From Ylistrum balloti (lineage: Eukaryota): a DNA stretch of 64,000 bases. Each line of letters begins with the position of its first letter. Position 1 is the stretch's first letter. The DNA is taken from positions 2,294,001 to 2,358,000 of the forward strand of contig NW_026782179.1 of the NCBI RefSeq assembly GCF_031769215.1. Reading direction: 5' to 3'. Of this stretch, positions 60,401 to 64,000 are shown piece by piece. A model generated the notes under the pieces. The model did no database searches. It was not told where the DNA came from and saw only the letters and a list, made by a program, of their open reading frames with translations. Both the position numbers and the translations under genes were made by a program.

Positions 60401-63044
60401 AGTAATACAGGTAAAATATATGAAATAAAGAATAAATATGTTCATAGTCAGCTTGTTATGACCGATGAAGATGAGCCAAAGTATTCCAAATTTTGTGTGA
60501 GCTTCATTTATTTTGACAAAGGCTTTTGTCTCTTTGTCAGCCCATGCATGCTTATGTAAATGTTTTAATAGACTTGCCGCTGACTGATGCTTCCATGAAG
60601 GGCTCTGTCAGGCACACTGCTCCTGCATCCTCAGAGTGGTCACAGTTGTGTATGCCCCATCCACTATGTGAACATTCCATCAAGCTGGTCTCCTCCCCTG
60701 TGCAAGACACATCGTCCAGTAAGATCTGGTCACTGCCCTCGCCGTAAGCAGCTTGACCTTTAGATCGTCCATCTCTACAAGAGGATGAACATGTTAGAAA
60801 TACATGAAGTATAAGGTTTGTTTAAATTACAATAAAAAATGTTTATTTCAAATTAATTCAATGTTTTGCAGATTTACTACAAGTATCAAGGAAGAAAGAT
60901 GCTATTTTAAAAGACATTACAAAATAGAACATTATCTCTTTTAACTTCATTTTTTCAGGAAAGCAACAACATTTACAGAAACTTATCTATGGGCTGGTTT
61001 TAAAAGGTAATGTAATATCACATAGTAACCATGTGGATATATCATATACTGTGTTAAACAAACAGAGATTAATAATGACTAAAGGTCTTGTCATAAGGAA
61101 CACACATGCCAAATATGGAAGCCCTACCTCTTGTTGTCCAATAGATATGGACAAGGTTAAAGTTGAAAACAGTAAATCAGACAGCAAAAAAGCAATATTC
61201 ATCTGATTTTTCGATCATGGAACATAAAAAGTGAGCTTGATGCCACTTACACAAATCCAAGCATCCTGCAGACAACTCGGGCATCTTCATGACCCCAGTT
61301 ATCATCACACACTGTCCCCCTTGTTCCTGACCTGATGATCTCTACACGACCTTCAGAAGGATTTGGCCCATTCACCAGTTCAACTGTAACTCATTCAAAA
61401 GCAAAATGCTGGTGTAACTTTATGTACAACATGCATGGTACAATAAATTCATGTGAAATGAGCGGGAACAAGACAATTTGCTGAATTACAAACCCCAAAT
61501 GACACAAATCTCACCAAGATGAAGCCATATCCCAAGTATAAAGTTATTGTGATAAGTAGTGAAGATAGGGCCTAGACACATTTTTTTTGATGTAGGTCAA
61601 AGATCAAATGTAGGCCAGAATGAGTGGCTACAGGTAAGCGGATACCTTACCTCTAAATGATATTCTTATCTGTGAGTTGTGACTTAACTTGTGAGTAGTG
61701 ACCTAACCTGTGAGTGGTCTTCTTACCTGTGAACTGTGACTTTAACTGTAAGTGATAGTCCTACCTGTGAGTGGTGACCTTAACTCTGTTTGGTAACTTT
61801 CCCTGTGAACAGTAGTCTTACCTCTGAGTGGTGACTTTACGTGTGAGAGTTAACCTTAACTTAAAGAGGTCATCTTACTTGTGGGATTTTGACTTCAAAT
61901 GTGAGTGGTAATTGTGAGTGGTAACCTTACCTATGAGTAGTTGCCTTACCTGGGAGTGATGACCTTACCTGTGAGCGATGACCTTACCTGTGAGTGATGA
62001 CCTTACCTGTGAGTGATGACCTTACCTGTGAGTGGACCTTACCTGGGAGTGATGACCTTAACTGTGGGTGATGACCTTAACTGTGAGCGATGACCTTACC
62101 TGCGAGCGATGACCTTACCTGGGAGTGATGACCTTACCTGTGAGTGGTGGCCTTACCTGTGAGTGGTGGCCTTACCTGTGAGTGATGACCTTATCTTCGA
62201 GTGATGACCTTACATTGGAGTGATGACCTTGACTGTGAGTGATGACTTTACCTGTGAGTGATGGCCTTACCTGTGAGTGGTGCTCTTACTTGTGAGTGGT
62301 GGCCTTACCTGTGAGTGATGACCTTACCTGTGAGTGGTGGCTTTACCTGTGAGTAGTGGCTTTACCTGTGAGTGATGGCCTTACCTGTGAGTGGTGCAGC
62401 CGTAGTGGTGGTACTTGTTGGCAGACTTTCATCCATAGTACACATCACTCCAACATCTTCACCATGGTTACAGTTGTGAGTACCCCAGTTTAAATCGGGG
62501 CAATCCCATAGAGTGTCTTCCTCCCCTGTACAAGCTACATCATCCAGCCAAATCTCGCCCTCACCTTGACCATAACTGGATGTATCCATCTTCATTCCAT
62601 TTCTGAATAGAATTAAACATATAAATCAGATTGACTGAAAGCTTGTTGTTAATTGTTTCAAATGAAGAGACTCAGTTTGATGATTTTGCAAATGACCCGG
62701 TAATTTCTTTTAGAGATTATAAACAGCTTAACAAAAGACGTATCATTCTATTACTGTTTCACTGATAATTTAGAATTCTGCTTTAGTACAGTAAAACAAC
62801 AACTTGTCCTTAAGTCAAAATAAAAGCAGTCCAGAGCCAAACAAGATCTCCAAAATATAAACAACTGAAATGATAAGAGTTGATGTGAGAAAAGGTTGAC
62901 TGTACATGTATCCCAGAGTTCTACACACAACTCGAGCATCTCCATCATCAAACAGGTCATCGCACACTGTACCATTGATACCAGTATGTTCTATGAGGAT
63001 ACGTCCCTCATGTGGTCCAGTGCCTCCTACCAGTCGCACAATGT
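48487..63044 (-). CDS. Modular serine protease (neurotrypsin/Tequila-like): SRCR-SRCR-divergent SRCR-SUEL lectin-SRCR-trypsin; 5' partial (no start codon in window), 14 exons, about 850 aa
   Basis: Exons 63044-62906, 62602-62385, 61383-61251, 60774-60578, 60125-59978, 59864-59677, 59050-58769, 58493-58346, 54559-54312, 54012-53742, 52256-52144, 51876-51712, 50124-49948, 48614-48487; phases consistent. SRCR motifs EGRVEV/GTVCDD/IWLDDV/CxHxED. Catalytic triad SAAHC, DIALL, GDSGGP. K|IIGG activation site. Asp189 (VDTCQ), SWGAGCG and PGVYT indicate trypsin-like specificity. Confidence 0.93.
50311..51745. repeat. 74-bp minisatellite (about 19 copies) derived from the protease exon end LISGWGxxEL and its donor
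   Basis: Sense unit contains GTCTTATCTCAGGCTGGGGTAGAACAGAGCT..TTAGGGTCATCAC, versus the exon GTCTTATCTCAGGCTGGGGCACAACAGAGCTAG|GTAGGGTCACCAC. Confidence 0.95.
52713..52938 (-). mobile_element. tRNA-headed SINE, probably V-domain type
   Basis: Minus strand begins GGGGCTACAGTGGTCAAGTGGTTAAGGTGTCTGA (tRNA A-box head), contains GGTCGGTGGTATTTTTCCGGAAACTCTGGCATTCC (resembles the V-SINE GGTTTTCTCCGGGTACTCCGGTTTCC block) and has an A-rich tail. Flanked by TCTGATCA on both sides (52705-52712, 52939-52946). Confidence 0.6.
52939..53530. repeat. 39-bp minisatellite, about 15 units
   Basis: TCTGATCAACTGAAAACTTACTCTCAAGACTGTGTGACG units; the period divisible by 3 gives long spurious ORFs. Confidence 0.95.
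54599..55220 (+). mobile_element. HINE-like element containing an internal 37-bp perfect inverted repeat
   Basis: Begins AACAAGAG...CTCACCTG; internal units carry CATGCTAC(A)..CC and TTTGAGAAGAAG motifs. Right boundary approximate. Confidence 0.5.
55384..56432. repeat. 48-bp minisatellite, about 22 units
   Basis: GTCACAAGGTTTACCTGTACTAGTCTGTATTAACCACACCTGTCTCCA units. Confidence 0.95.
56560..58270. repeat. 44-bp minisatellite related to the 48-bp array, interrupted by a DNA transposon
   Basis: GTCACAAGCTTTACCTGCACTAGTCTTTCCCACAC(AGGTTTATA/ATGTATATA) units on both sides of 57158-58082. Confidence 0.93.
57158..58082. mobile_element. 925-bp non-autonomous Tc1/mariner-superfamily (Tc2/pogo-like) DNA transposon
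   Basis: TA target duplication (57156-57157 and 58083-58084). 26-bp TIRs CCGTAAAAACCCA(C/T)GTAATGTCCGCA with one mismatch. Subterminal GTAATGTCCGC repeats. No intact transposase ORF. Confidence 0.9.
58769..59050 (-). CDS. SUEL / rhamnose-binding-lectin-type domain exon of the modular protease
   Basis: Eight cysteines with ATYGR, DPC and KYL motifs, encoded as a single phase 1-1 exon. Confidence 0.88.
60126..60577 (-). other. Non-canonical GC-AG intron in the protease gene
   Basis: Junction AGCG|GCAAGT gives the required phase 1; the nearby GT dinucleotides give phase 0 or 2. Confidence 0.75.
60215..60360. repeat. ~33-bp tandem repeat x4
   Basis: GTCATCATACTTTGTATCCATGGGAACCAATTT-like units. 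Confidence 0.85.
61640..62395. repeat. 19-bp minisatellite in which the unit is a 5' splice site
   Basis: Sense unit CACTCACAG|GTAAGGTCAT is continuous with the real donor at 62385/62384 and degenerates toward about 61640. Confidence 0.93.
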
Positions 63045-63625
63045 CTGTAACATAACAACTACAGTTTAAGGGTTTCTGCTATGTTGTCTGTAACACAACA
63101 ACTCCAGTTTAAGGATGTTTGCTATGTTGTCTGTAACACAACAACTCCAGTTTAAGGGCGTTTGCTATGTTGTCTGTAACACAACAACTCCAGTTTAAGG
63201 GTGTTTGCTATGTTGTCTGTTACACAACAACTCCAGTTTAAGGATGTTTGCTATGTTGTCTGTAACACAACAACTCCAGTTTAAGGGTGTTTGCTATGTT
63301 GTCTGTAACACAACAACTCAAGTTTCAGGGTTTCTGCTATGTTGTCTGTAACACAACAACTCCAGATTAAGGGTGTTTGCTATGTTGTCTGTTACACAAC
63401 AACTCCAGTTTAAGGGTGTTTGCTATGTTGTCTGTAACACAACTCCAGATTAAGGGTGTTTGTTATGTTGTCTGTAACACAACAACTCCAGATTAAGGGT
63501 GTTTGTTATGTTGTCTGTAACACAACAACTCCAGATTAAGGGTGTTTGTTATGTTGTCTGTAACACAACAACTCCAGTTTAAGGATGTATACTATGTTGT
63601 CTGTTACACAACAACTCCAGTTTAA
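63043..63625. repeat. 43-bp minisatellite in which the unit contains a 3' splice site
   Basis: Sense unit ...GAGTTGTTGTGTTACAG|ACAACATAGCAAACACCCTTAAACTG, about 13 copies, continuous with the real acceptor GTTATGTTACAG|ACA at 63046-63045. Confidence 0.92.
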
Positions 63626-64000
63626 GGGCGTAGTATTTGTTATCTTCATTGTTAAGGTTTAAAGCATGTAAATAATTGAATATGAGCAATGCAGAAATAA
63701 CCAGATCAAAAAAAATCCATGTGAAAACAAAAAGCCAAGGTCATTAGACCAATCTCAACCACTATCTACATATATATCAAGACAGCAATTTTCTCTTAGC
63801 ATTTGCTCTACTGGTAGGACATACATCAACATTAAGTCACATTTCACTGTCTTAACAGCTTATTGACTTTCTTATTTCCATTGCTTCCTACAAGACCAGG
63901 GAACCAAAATAAAATTAGGTAACATGGCAGCAAGACCTTGTGGTGTCCATAAAGTATCTCACGCATTTTATCCACCTAAATGAATGACATATCTAAATTT

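Overview
AT-rich, intron-rich animal genomic DNA. The repeat landscape (tRNA-headed V-type SINE, HINE/Helentron-like elements, dense intronic minisatellites) suggests a bivalve mollusc; the taxon is inferred, not shown. I assembled four spliced genes by hand and checked reading-frame phase at every junction. (1) The 5' part of WBP11 on the minus strand, running off the left edge. (2) A complete EXOC7/Exo70 on the plus strand (22 coding exons, 698 aa), head-to-head with WBP11 and containing a U12-type intron. (3) A complete TUBGCP6 on the minus strand (32 coding exons, 1623 aa, plus a probable 30-nt extra exon). (4) The 3' part (14 exons, about 850 aa) of a modular protease on the minus strand: SRCR-SRCR-divergent SRCR-SUEL lectin-SRCR-furin site-trypsin. 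No prokaryotic features, CRISPR arrays, rRNA or intact tRNA genes were seen. The most unusual signal is that at least five intronic tandem arrays are amplified copies of the adjacent exon-intron junction. In two arrays the copied GT is lost in essentially every unit; in others the splice signal is intact, leaving rows of decoy splice sites. The lectin-bearing, two-step-activated protease is the most interesting protein.
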